From: a virus
Taxonomy: Duplodnaviria; Caudoviricetes
DNA: 30,021 nucleotides
IMG/VR virus record: IMGVR_UViG_3300002307_000167
Span: 1 to 30,021 of that record
Reading direction: 5' to 3' (one strand)
This document shows, one piece after another, positions 14,823-23,391 of this stretch (positions are counted from its first letter, which is position 1; the number at the start of each line of letters is the position of its first letter). The notes beneath the pieces were generated by a model. It was not told the DNA's origin and searched no databases. It worked only from the letters and a program-made list of their open reading frames with translations. Both the position numbers and the translations under genes were made by a program.

Positions 14823-16040
14823 TTACCCTTTGACACAAATCACCTGCTTAAGCGCATGGACGATATCAACAAGATCAGCCTGCGCAGCCATAACTGCATC
14901 AATGTCCTTGTATGCAAGAGGAGTTTCGTCAATGACTTCTTTATCCTTCCTGCATTCAACGCCCTCGGTTGCAGCGATATGGTCCTTTAGGTTGAACCTG
15001 CGCTTTGCTTCTGCTCGGCTCATTGCACGGCCTGCACCATGCGAACAAGAGTAAAACGATTCACGATTACCCTTGCCGCGCACAATATAAGAACGAGCGC
15101 CCATAGAACCTGGAATGATTCCAAGCTCATTCAACCTAGCAGAAACCGCACCCTTTCTCGTCACTAGAATGTTATCACCGAAGTGCTTTTCACGCGACAC
15201 GTAGTTGTGATGACAGTTAACTGCCATCATTTCACTAAAGAAAGGCTTCTTGATATGCTGCTTGATGGCGTTCAAAGTAGCCTTCATCATAACTTCGCGG
15301 TTGCTGCGTGCGTATGACTGGGCCCATTCGACTGCCTGCAAATAATCCTTGAAATGATCAGTCCCTTCGGGAATGTAAGCAAGATCAATGTCAGGAATGT
15401 TGATGAACCACTTGCGCATATCTTCTTTAGCAAGTTCAATGAAGTAAGAACCAATACGGTTACCTACACCACGCGAACCACTGTGAAGCATTACCCACAC
15501 ATACCCTTCTTCGTCAAGGCAAATTTCAATAAAGTGGTTACCCGTACCAAGAGAACCCATGTGGTTAATTGCACGATCAGCGGCCCGACCAATCTTAGGA
15601 TGCTTCTCAACAATCTTATCAAGCTCTTCCTTATGCTTAGCAAAGAAATCAACTGCATCACCGCTCGGATCACCCCATGCACCACGGTCGTTTGCTCCAC
15701 CATTATCAGTGCGTCCATGAGGAACAAGTGCTTCAATTGAAGAACGAATTCCGAACAGATTATCCGGCAAATCGTCTGCTGTAAGATTAGTGCGATGTGC
15801 CATCATACCGCACCCGATATCAACGCCGACAGCAGCCGGGATGATTGCGCCCTTAGTAGGAATAACTGAACCAACAGTTGCACCCATTCCCCAGTGAACG
15901 TCAGGCATGATTGCCACATGCTTGTGAATGAAGGGCATTGAAGCGATGTTGTCGAGCTGGTTACGGGCTTCCTGTTCAACCTGAACGCCGTCTACCCAAG
16001 CCTTAATAAGGCCGCCCTTGTTTCCCTTAATCACTTGCAT
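14823..16040 (-). CDS. rtcB: RtcB RNA ligase (3'-phosphate/5'-OH)
   Basis: MPDVH, GVDIGCG, GSLGTGNHFIE, LHSGSRG, HHN, IPGSMG, SCSHGAGR, DETP.AYK; start reassigned to MQVIKG (AAGGA RBS). Confidence 0.97.
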   Translation of the reverse strand: MQVIKGNKGGLIKAWVDGVQVEQEARNQLDNIASMPFIHKHVAIMPDVHWGMGATVGSVIPTKGAIIPAAVGVDIGCGMMAHRTNLTADDLPDNLFGIRSSIEALVPHGRTDNGGANDRGAWGDPSGDAVDFFAKHKEELDKIVEKHPKIGRAADRAINHMGSLGTGNHFIEICLDEEGYVWVMLHSGSRGVGNRIGSYFIELAKEDMRKWFINIPDIDLAYIPEGTDHFKDYLQAVEWAQSYARSNREVMMKATLNAIKQHIKKPFFSEMMAVNCHHNYVSREKHFGDNILVTRKGAVSARLNELGIIPGSMGARSYIVRGKGNRESFYSCSHGAGRAMSRAEAKRRFNLKDHIAATEGVECRKDKEVIDETPLAYKDIDAVMAAQADLVDIVHALKQVICVKG

Positions 16041-16104
16041 ATCTAATTCCTTTTCCTTATAACATAGAATGCTATATATCTTTTTGGAACAGATGTCAAC
16101 CTTT

Positions 16105-16386
16105 TTATTCGCCGTGATACTGCCAAAGTACCGCATTGCAATATGCGTGAACGGTTCCTAATGTCATCCCGGTGTCATGTGAATGATGCAGATGATGGGG
16201 GTGTTGTAAGAAGTTAGGTGGAAACAAATCCCAATCTATCTTCTTACTGCGGATACCTGCAGGTGGAGCCTTCATCAACGGACTCTTGCAATAATAACAA
16301 ACTCCACCTTGTTGCTTAATATATTCCTCCCTAACTAACTTGCGCTGTGTAGGAGGAGTCTTAGCGTAATTAACTGGCAGTTTCAC
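16105..16386 (-). CDS. endonuclease VII-like His-Me finger protein
   Basis: QQGGVCYYC...HLHHSHDTG...VHAYCN. Confidence 0.7.
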   Translation of the reverse strand: MKLPVNYAKTPPTQRKLVREEYIKQQGGVCYYCKSPLMKAPPAGIRSKKIDWDLFPPNFLQHPHHLHHSHDTGMTLGTVHAYCNAVLWQYHGE

Positions 16387-16398
16387 GGGAATTCTTTC

Positions 16399-17229
16399 TT
16401 ATGCGTAGATTACTAGAGCCGTACCGCATTCACTGCAAAACTTAGCGGTAGCTTTGTTCTGCTTGCCGCAGGTAGTGCATTTCGGCTTGGTCTTTACAGT
16501 GATCGGTTCACGAATAGCCTTGTTGTCTTCGGTCTCACCAAGCAACTTAATCACGATACTATGCTTCTCTGTTTCAGTAGCAAAATTGCTTACAGTAACA
16601 AACTTTTGTTCGCTTTTGCTACCTGCGACCGTGATTCCAGTTTCAGTTTGCGGTGCAGCGTTGAATGAATGTGTAGCAGCACTAGCACTAAGCGTAGCAC
16701 CCACTGCCATGTTGTTAATGCTAGTAGCACCCACTGCCATGTCTGCACATGACACTGTACCCTTCATATAACTAGGGGTTACATCTGCTGCTGATCCTCG
16801 TAGCAGTGTGGATGTCCAAGAATCGTGTAGTGTGTTATATCCATTGTTCCAAGTCATTACTGGATTCTTGGGATAAACCTTCTCAAACTGATATTCTACA
16901 CGAATCAATCCATCTTCAAGCTTGACGCCGCGATGATCTTCAATCTTACCAGTGCGTTCAATGAACTTGAACTTGTTACCTCCAGTCAAGCTTCCGTTAG
17001 CAAGACTGCGTTCAAAATCAACCTGCTGTCCTGCATTGATTACAAGACCGTTAGGAGTGACGTTTTCACCATCAATATAGATATTGACGATTGCTCTTAC
17101 GGTGTTGAGATTCTTGAGTAGAATTGAATATTCTGTGCCGAATGGGATATAAACTGTATCTTTGAATTCACGGAGTATTTTTCCGTTGGCTTTAATGCTG
17201 GCAACCAGCTTACTATTAAACATTGTCAT
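16399..17229 (-). CDS. hypothetical protein with C-terminal double Zn ribbon
   Basis: CTTCG...AKFCSECG; AAGGA RBS. Confidence 0.8.
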   Translation of the reverse strand: MTMFNSKLVASIKANGKILREFKDTVYIPFGTEYSILLKNLNTVRAIVNIYIDGENVTPNGLVINAGQQVDFERSLANGSLTGGNKFKFIERTGKIEDHRGVKLEDGLIRVEYQFEKVYPKNPVMTWNNGYNTLHDSWTSTLLRGSAADVTPSYMKGTVSCADMAVGATSINNMAVGATLSASAATHSFNAAPQTETGITVAGSKSEQKFVTVSNFATETEKHSIVIKLLGETEDNKAIREPITVKTKPKCTTCGKQNKATAKFCSECGTALVIYA

Positions 17230-17319
17230 TTTCTTTCCTTTTCTAACGACACACTGACTAAGTGTCCATATTTAAAGTCAGTTAAGGTGAAGCCTTATGC
17301 TTCGTGTATATTTATTCTT

Positions 17320-17451
17320 TTATCTAATAACGTGTGTTTTTTTATGCTTTAATGACTTCTTTAGTGCTTTAAACCAAAGTTTCTTTTCTAATTCTTTATC
17401 TTTGGTAGTAATAGCTTGGTAAAGTTTATGAACTAATTTATCAACTTTCAT
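17320..17451 (-). CDS. small basic hypothetical protein (43 aa, MKVDKLVHKLYQAI...)
   Basis: Own translation; AGGAG upstream. Confidence 0.55.
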   Translation of the reverse strand: MKVDKLVHKLYQAITTKDKELEKKLWFKALKKSLKHKKTHVIR

Positions 17452-17601
17452 TGTTTCATCTCCTGCCTTGTTACAAACTACAGTTGCTCCATTCTTAACA
17501 TAAATAATATCATGAAGAACATTATTATAGCATATTTATTAAATACTAACAAGATCAAAAAAGCTGTATGGTCCATGAAATTTGAAAAACGGTTTCCTGA
17601 T

Positions 17602-18492
17602 TTAGAAAGGAGAGTCTTTATACTTATGAGAGTGATCGAGAGCGGGTACAAACGAAAATCCAAGCGACAAATAATATCGGATACAATCTTCTCCTGTTAA
17701 TATTTGAGAAGAATGGCGAACTTTTGCGTGAACAGGTTTATATGTCTGACCATCAAGAACCATAGTGAAGAAATCTCCATCATGAGTCTCAACCAACGCG
17801 GAACATGACTCACACCAGTCGCCATCGTTCATATACACTACATCACCCACCATTTTAATTTCAGCATTGTGGATATGTCCACATATTACACCATCATATC
17901 CTTTGCGTTTGGCATAACTAGTTACATTTTCTTCAAATTTGAACATAAAGTCAACTGCTTTCTTAACACGGTGTTTAAGAAACTTGCTTAGTGACCAGTA
18001 ACCGAAGCCTAATCTATGTCGTATCCAATTGAATCTGCTATTCCAACTCAAAATAAAATCATATGCTTTATCGCCTAAGAAACTAATCCAGGGCGCAAGT
18101 CTAGTAATACCATCAAATAAATCACCATGTACTACCATGTACTTTTTGCCATCAATGCCGTGATGAATTATAGTATTACAAATTTTGACTCTACCAAAAC
18201 TTGCAGCATAAGGTATCATAGGTCTTAGAAACTCGTCATGATTTCCTGCAACATATATTACATCAGTATCGCGTTTACTATGACCTAATATTCGTCGTAC
18301 TACATTAGTATGCGACTGCTTCCATTTCAATTTGTTTTGTTGAATTTTCCAAGCATCAATAATATCACCCACTAGGTATAATGTATCACAAGAGTTATGT
18401 TTTAAAAAGTTATTGAGTAACTCTGCCTTACAGTCTTTGGTGCCCAAATGGACATCAGAAATAAAAATAGTTCTGTAAGTTTTCTTTGTCAT
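17602..18492 (-). CDS. metallophosphoesterase, UDP-2,3-diacylglucosamine diphosphatase (LpxH-like) family
   Basis: ISDVHLG, LVGDIID, AGNHDE, HGDLFD, CGHIH, NDGDW. Confidence 0.9.
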   Translation of the reverse strand: MTKKTYRTIFISDVHLGTKDCKAELLNNFLKHNSCDTLYLVGDIIDAWKIQQNKLKWKQSHTNVVRRILGHSKRDTDVIYVAGNHDEFLRPMIPYAASFGRVKICNTIIHHGIDGKKYMVVHGDLFDGITRLAPWISFLGDKAYDFILSWNSRFNWIRHRLGFGYWSLSKFLKHRVKKAVDFMFKFEENVTSYAKRKGYDGVICGHIHNAEIKMVGDVVYMNDGDWCESCSALVETHDGDFFTMVLDGQTYKPVHAKVRHSSQILTGEDCIRYYLSLGFSFVPALDHSHKYKDSPF

Positions 18493-18496
18493 ATTA

Positions 18497-18733
18497 TTAT
18501 TTAGCTTGATTCTTGCGAAGTACAGTAGTTACGTTGTTTATGTCGGTATTCTGTCTACGAATTTGTCTGCCGTTTAATTCAAGAATAGTAGCCATTTTAT
18601 GAACCTGTTCGCTTAATTGACGAACACGCTCTTCTAATGCAGCTATTCTACGATGCTCATGATCCCACTTTGCAGGCTCAAATGGAACTGAATTAGTTTC
18701 TACTATCGGTTTGTTAATGTACATTTTCTTCAT
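18497..18733 (-). CDS. hypothetical coiled-coil protein
   Basis: 78 aa with heptad pattern. Confidence 0.65.
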   Translation of the reverse strand: MKKMYINKPIVETNSVPFEPAKWDHEHRRIAALEERVRQLSEQVHKMATILELNGRQIRRQNTDINNVTTVLRKNQAK

Positions 18734-18743
18734 CGTTTTTTAC

Positions 18744-19634
18744 TCACTTATTACATGTATTTAATTTATAGTGTACAAATTCTGCAATGTGTTCTGCAAC
18801 ATCAACTTTGCAATACTTTTCGAACCCTTCAAATCCAGGATTAGAATTAGCTTCGCAAATTTTGTATCCATTTTTGTCAAACAATAAGTCAATGCCTGCG
18901 ATTTCTAAATCACATGCTCTTGCTGCTTCTCTTGCAATATAATCAATTTCATTGTTTAGCTCAAACGGTTCGCCATGCCCACCATTCGTTATGTTTGCTC
19001 GGAAATCTCCTTCTGGCGCAATTCGTTTCATTGCACCTATACACTTTCCTCCTACAACTAATACACGCAAATCTGCGCCGGGTATAGCGTCAACATATTC
19101 TTGCACTAGTAGTGTTTTGGGACTATCGAGTTTATCAATGAACTCCATTAATTTTTTAAAGCTGCGTTTGTTATCACATAGATATATTCCATCACCGTGA
19201 CTTCCTGTTATAACTTTAACGACACACGGAAATCCTATAATTTCTTCTGTTAGCTTTATATCTACTGGATGCTTAACTAACATAGTATTAGGAATGGGTA
19301 ATCCTGCACCAGCAAAAATTTGATTATGTCTTAGCTTATCTTTAGCAATATTGATGCTGTTAGAAGAGTTTATACAAGGAACGTTTTCATGTTCAAATTG
19401 CCTGATAACAGATACTATAAAATCAGTACTTGCCGATCCTGTTCTAGTTAACACTAACTCAGGAAAGGTAAAGTCGTCTCCTTTGTATCGCAGACCTTTG
19501 CCTTTGTTTACAATAACATCAAACTTATTTGGATTGTATACTTCGGCTACAATGTTTTTGTTTTTTAATGCTTCAATAAGTCGGGTGTTGTTATAGTAAT
19601 TGGACTTAAATTTAGATAGTATCATGACAGACAT
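18744..19634 (-). CDS. rimK: RimK-family ATP-grasp (alpha-L-glutamate) ligase
   Basis: GFPCVVK..GSHG.GI, VQEYV, DLRVLVVGG, DFRANITNGG, AGIDLL, ICEANSNPGF. Confidence 0.9.
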   Translation of the reverse strand: MSVMILSKFKSNYYNNTRLIEALKNKNIVAEVYNPNKFDVIVNKGKGLRYKGDDFTFPELVLTRTGSASTDFIVSVIRQFEHENVPCINSSNSINIAKDKLRHNQIFAGAGLPIPNTMLVKHPVDIKLTEEIIGFPCVVKVITGSHGDGIYLCDNKRSFKKLMEFIDKLDSPKTLLVQEYVDAIPGADLRVLVVGGKCIGAMKRIAPEGDFRANITNGGHGEPFELNNEIDYIAREAARACDLEIAGIDLLFDKNGYKICEANSNPGFEGFEKYCKVDVAEHIAEFVHYKLNTCNK

Positions 19635-19651
19635 GCAAATGACCTTAAGTA

Positions 19652-19675
19652 AAGACGGGGCCTAAGCCCCGTCTT
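19652..19675 (-). terminator. hairpin after peroxiredoxin
   Basis: AAGACGGGGC-TTAG-GCCCCGTCTT-TACTT. Confidence 0.65.
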
Positions 19676-19677
19676 AT

Positions 19678-20226
19678 TTAGTTAGAATTAGTAAGATAAG
19701 CTAAGATGTTCTCTGGAGAACTTTCACCGTATGGGTCAGTTGCACAATTATGCTCAATACCCGGCTCAACAAACCAATGTTCAATTTTACCGTTGTTGAC
19801 AATACATGCATAACGCCAACTGCGAACACCAAATCCAAGATTATCCTTCTGAACAAGCATGTTCATCTGACTAGTGAACAGTCCTGAGCCATCTGGTATG
19901 ACTTTGACATTCTGCAAATTCTGATCTTGCGCCCACTTGTTCATGACAAAACTATCATTTACACTCAAGCAATAAATTTCATCAATTCCCAAATTCTTAA
20001 ACTGTTCATAGTTCTGTTCGAAGCCAGGAAGTTGATAAGTTGAGCAAGTAGGAGTAAATGCACCCGGAAGACTAAAAAGAATTACTCTCTTATTAGCAAA
20101 CAAGTCATAGCTGCTTACATCTTCCCAACGATATGGATTAGAACCTTCAATAGTGTCGTCCCGTACCCTAGTCTTAAAAATTATTGCAGGCACCACTGAT
20201 GGGAGCTGCTCAATAAAATCTGTCAT
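19678..20226 (-). CDS. peroxiredoxin (Prx5/type II family)
   Basis: FSLPGAFTPTCS, SVNDSFVM, PDGSG, GFGVRSWRY. Confidence 0.95.
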   Translation of the reverse strand: MTDFIEQLPSVVPAIIFKTRVRDDTIEGSNPYRWEDVSSYDLFANKRVILFSLPGAFTPTCSTYQLPGFEQNYEQFKNLGIDEIYCLSVNDSFVMNKWAQDQNLQNVKVIPDGSGLFTSQMNMLVQKDNLGFGVRSWRYACIVNNGKIEHWFVEPGIEHNCATDPYGESSPENILAYLTNSN

Positions 20227-20293
20227 AAATTTTCTCCAATTAAAGCTACTAGTAGCATATCAAAACGTATGTTAACATGTTTACTATACCACT

Positions 20294-20500
20294 TCAATCA
20301 GTTTGGGCATAATTTCGTATGACATCATACTTTAGTAATAAGTATACTACCAAAGGGTGATGCTGTGGTTCAAACTCTATTTGGTATCCATCTGGTTTAC
20401 GTCTAAATGGATAGTATTTTACCCCTGAACTTTTGATTGCTTGTTCAATCTGCTTGAATTCTGTTACAGGAACATGAATCTTAGTTGTCGTGTGCGTCAT
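20294..20500 (-). CDS. hypothetical protein
   Basis: 68 aa, ATGA overlap with upstream gene. Confidence 0.65.
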   Translation of the reverse strand: MTHTTTKIHVPVTEFKQIEQAIKSSGVKYYPFRRKPDGYQIEFEPQHHPLVVYLLLKYDVIRNYAQTD

Positions 20501-20775
20501 ATTACAAAACTCAACGGTTCCTCGTCTTCATATAGATCATCCCAATCAGGAAGCGATCTATCTTCATCTTCATACATCATATAGTAATACTCATTAGGCA
20601 TTAATTTCCTAATGTTGTTTACTGTCAACGCCAAAAAAGCTAACTCTGAAGCATTGCGCAATTCAGTAACATACCAGGTCGTGGAACAACCTCCACCAAA
20701 TGTCTTGATGGGACCATGCGGTATCTTACTGCGTGTCAACGAGTCAATTAATGCTTTACCAAAACTCGTGATCAC
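20497..20775 (-). CDS. hypothetical protein
   Basis: 92 aa, GTGA overlap with upstream gene. Confidence 0.6.
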   Translation of the reverse strand: MITSFGKALIDSLTRSKIPHGPIKTFGGGCSTTWYVTELRNASELAFLALTVNNIRKLMPNEYYYMMYEDEDRSLPDWDDLYEDEEPLSFVI

Positions 20776-21071
20776 GCGAATTGGGTCGCTTTTTTTAATC
20801 GCTCCCTATCCTCCTGTGAGAGTTGGGAGAGCGTAGCGGTGTTTTCACTGTCAATGACTAGCAAACAGTCCTTGACCTTGATAGCGCCTTTAGTATGTGG
20901 ATTGTCGGGAGTTTCTTTAGTAGACCACGGCACGTTACAGTCAACGTGGCTTACATAAAACGATTCACCTTTTGTTTTTAAGACCCACATGGGAATCGAA
21001 GGGTCTTCTAAGTGCTTCTTATTGAAGTGGAATACACATTCTCGGCATGCAATTTCAATTTTCTAATTCAT
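20772..21071 (-). CDS. hypothetical protein with in-frame TAG at codon 3 (or shorter product from 20990)
   Basis: AAGGA..ATG AAT TAG AAA ATT GAA..., then open frame KIEIACRECVFHFNKKHLEDPSIP into MWVLK... Confidence 0.6.
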
Positions 21072-21072
21072 A

Positions 21073-21747
21073 TTAATTTCCTTTTTTCCTACAGTTATTG
21101 CCATGCCACCTTGCATATGTATTTGATGAAACAGTTTTATTGCAATAGTGACACGTTTTTTTGATCTGTGATGCATGAGTTCCATTGGCCAGCATGTCAT
21201 CAATATGTTTTGTTCCTAATAAATGGTGAGTGCCATTTTGAACTCGTTTTCTTTGAATTTCTCCACCTAGCATATTGTGGGTGCCATCGCGCACCGTTTT
21301 ACGCTGAACTTCTCCCCCTAGTAAGTGATGAGTTCCGTTATTTATTAATTCCCGTTGCACAGTTTTTGCAAACTCACTCGTGAAATGCCAGGTGCCGGCT
21401 TCTATTCTCTGCCGCGCCAATTTAATTTGGTGCTCTCCTCCGACCCACGGATGAGTTCCGTTTTCTACTCGTTGATTATTATACGCAGTTGATAACGCAG
21501 ATTTTTCTTCAGGCGATAACTCTAGTCTCTCAGCGATCAATACACATGCTCCGTATTCCTGCTGCGACTCGTGAATGGCATAGTGTTCTTGGATAGATAG
21601 CGCGACTAGGTTATTTGGATCGTTGTTGTCATGGTTTCCATCTATATGATGGACTTCATAGGTTCTACCATCAACGTCTTTTGGAATAGGTCCGTAATGA
21701 TTTTTATAGATTCTTCGGTACTTATCAGTACCACAATAAATACACAT
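21073..21747 (-). CDS. HNH homing endonuclease with NGTH repeats and C-terminal Zn finger
   Basis: YEVHHIDGNHDNNDPNNL...EHYAIH; CHYC...WHGNNC. Confidence 0.9.
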   Translation of the reverse strand: MCIYCGTDKYRRIYKNHYGPIPKDVDGRTYEVHHIDGNHDNNDPNNLVALSIQEHYAIHESQQEYGACVLIAERLELSPEEKSALSTAYNNQRVENGTHPWVGGEHQIKLARQRIEAGTWHFTSEFAKTVQRELINNGTHHLLGGEVQRKTVRDGTHNMLGGEIQRKRVQNGTHHLLGTKHIDDMLANGTHASQIKKTCHYCNKTVSSNTYARWHGNNCRKKGN

Positions 21748-21813
21748 AGCTGTAACTCCGATATAGTTATAGAGTAGTTGGGCTTGCCGTCCGCGAACTA
21801 CACTTCTATTTAT
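21736..21813 (-). repeat. endonuclease leader cassette, copy 4
   Basis: ATAAATA..GTAGTT-CGC-GG..CC-C-AACTAC-TCTA-TAACT..AGTTA-CAGCT-ATGTGTATTTAT. Confidence 0.88.
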
Positions 21814-21831
21814 CGTAGTTCTATAATAAAG

Positions 21832-21951
21832 CTATGCCATTTTACTTTCCTTCTTTCGTTGTGCAGCATATTCTATCAATTCACGATAGCCGCCGAGCTT
21901 CTTTGCTGCGTTGTATACTTTTTGTTGCTCGGAATATGTTGTAACAATCAT
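21832..21951 (-). CDS. small hypothetical protein (39 aa, MIVTTYSEQQKVYNAAKKLGG...)
   Basis: Own translation; fills the gap between genes; ends in TAG. Confidence 0.5.
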   Translation of the reverse strand: MIVTTYSEQQKVYNAAKKLGGYRELIEYAAQRKKESKMA

Positions 21952-21962
21952 ATTAATATTTA

Positions 21963-22214
21963 TTATGTATCGTAACAAGTTGAAAAATGATATAGTCTAT
22001 CACCAAAACAAAGCTTCAACCATGCTTCTTGTTTACCATCAGAAGTCGTAATACGAACTTCTTCTCTACCACTAAAATACTGCCTATGAGACTTAATATC
22101 TACAGAATATTCGTCTCTTATAATTGATACATCATCAACTTTTGAGCGAATAAGAGTCTCAATATCATATTTTGAAACTTCTCCTAACAGAAACCAAACT
22201 TTCTTAACAGACAT
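21963..22214 (-). CDS. hypothetical protein
   Basis: 83 aa ORF. Confidence 0.65.
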   Translation of the reverse strand: MSVKKVWFLLGEVSKYDIETLIRSKVDDVSIIRDEYSVDIKSHRQYFSGREEVRITTSDGKQEAWLKLCFGDRLYHFSTCYDT

Positions 22215-22232
22215 AAACTATTGGCACAAAAA

Positions 22233-22307
22233 TGGCGCGCTTGGTGGGATTCGAACCCACTATCTCGGGTATTAGAAGCCCTTGCAATACCATTTAGCCT
22301 CAAGCGC
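22233..22307 (-). tRNA. degenerate tRNA, Arg(TCT)-like body, CTA in canonical anticodon register
   Basis: GCGCTTG/CAAGCGC-G-CCA and perfect T-arm; anticodon arm AGGGC-TTCTAAT-ACCCG with two mismatches. Confidence 0.7.
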
Positions 22308-22340
22308 GTTTTTCATATTCATGATATAGCGAGTTAATGG

Positions 22341-22469
22341 TTATATGTCAAGCTTTTTAGATTTAAATGGGAGTTTTAATTTTTTGCAAATATGCTTAAG
22401 TTGAACAGCAGTCTTACCATTCTTTATCTGTCGGTAACCCTTATTGTTATGGTGCTTACGAGTCTTCAT
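22341..22469 (-). CDS. small basic hypothetical protein (MKTRKHHNNKG...)
   Basis: 42 aa, TAAGG upstream. Confidence 0.5.
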   Translation of the reverse strand: MKTRKHHNNKGYRQIKNGKTAVQLKHICKKLKLPFKSKKLDI

Positions 22470-22716
22470 CCTTATGACCTTCAATGAATTTTCGTTTTTG
22501 TAAGGTTGGTTTATGAAAAATCTTTTCAGCGTGACATACAAGACACTCTGGATTACCACAGTCTAACGCATGATGTTTTGCCATTCGGTGAGGCTGGTCT
22601 AACAGTTTAGGATTATGCCATATAGATTGCTTAGCAATTCGTAATTGCTTTTTGATTGCATTCGCAGTGCGTTGCAATCGCTTACTCTTCTTTACCTTGC
22701 TGGTCTCGTCGCTCAC
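22456..22716 (-). CDS. hypothetical protein with His/Cys cluster
   Basis: HHALDCGNPECLVCH; GTG start with AGGA RBS. Confidence 0.75.
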   Translation of the reverse strand: MSDETSKVKKSKRLQRTANAIKKQLRIAKQSIWHNPKLLDQPHRMAKHHALDCGNPECLVCHAEKIFHKPTLQKRKFIEGHKDEDS

Positions 22717-22838
22717 TATTTCCTACCTTATCACTACTTTTTTCAACTTTTTGCAAACTTTCTTGATTCAAAACTGTCCACTTTTTCACATTAGTAGAAC
22801 GCTGCATCAATTTAAGTAGTTGCTGACCCATTCCTAAA

Positions 22839-23351
22839 TTATTGAGATTCATTATATTCCTTCACTATCCACCCTAATTTGAGTAAGTCGTTTCTTATTT
22901 CGTCGGTAACTACGCCTTCACTGGTGTCACCGGCTCTGTTGCTTATGCTAGAACAGTACCAATCCATATAATCCCCCTGTCCTCGCATATCTGCGATAAT
23001 TCCGCCTGCGTAACGCCAAGAACAACACCATGTTTCGTCCTTTAGGATAGGAAATACTTCGTTCTTACAAAAATCAGTATTACACATTGCTGCATAAAGA
23101 TTCTGTGCATATTCATCGGACTCCCGCACTTTCTTAAGAATCCAATCAGTAGTACGTAGATCGTACTCTAGATTGTTCTTCTGCCATTCAGGATCCTGTT
23201 CACGCTCTCGCTTATGTTGATCCAAAGATTTGTACCACTCAAGCATCTCTTCAGTTTCAGGATCGTCCATTAGTCCCTTCTCAGTTTGTCTTTCTATATA
23301 CTTATCACGATGAAAAGTGTTACGCGCAGGACTAGATGATATTTTGTTCAT
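22839..23351 (-). CDS. hypothetical phage protein
   Basis: 170 aa, YAQNLYAAMCN...SWRYAGGIIA...YMDWYCS. Confidence 0.8.
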   Translation of the reverse strand: MNKISSSPARNTFHRDKYIERQTEKGLMDDPETEEMLEWYKSLDQHKREREQDPEWQKNNLEYDLRTTDWILKKVRESDEYAQNLYAAMCNTDFCKNEVFPILKDETWCCSWRYAGGIIADMRGQGDYMDWYCSSISNRAGDTSEGVVTDEIRNDLLKLGWIVKEYNESQ

Positions 23352-23391
23352 CTAATCACTCTATCAAACAATATTAAAAAGTCAACCTATT

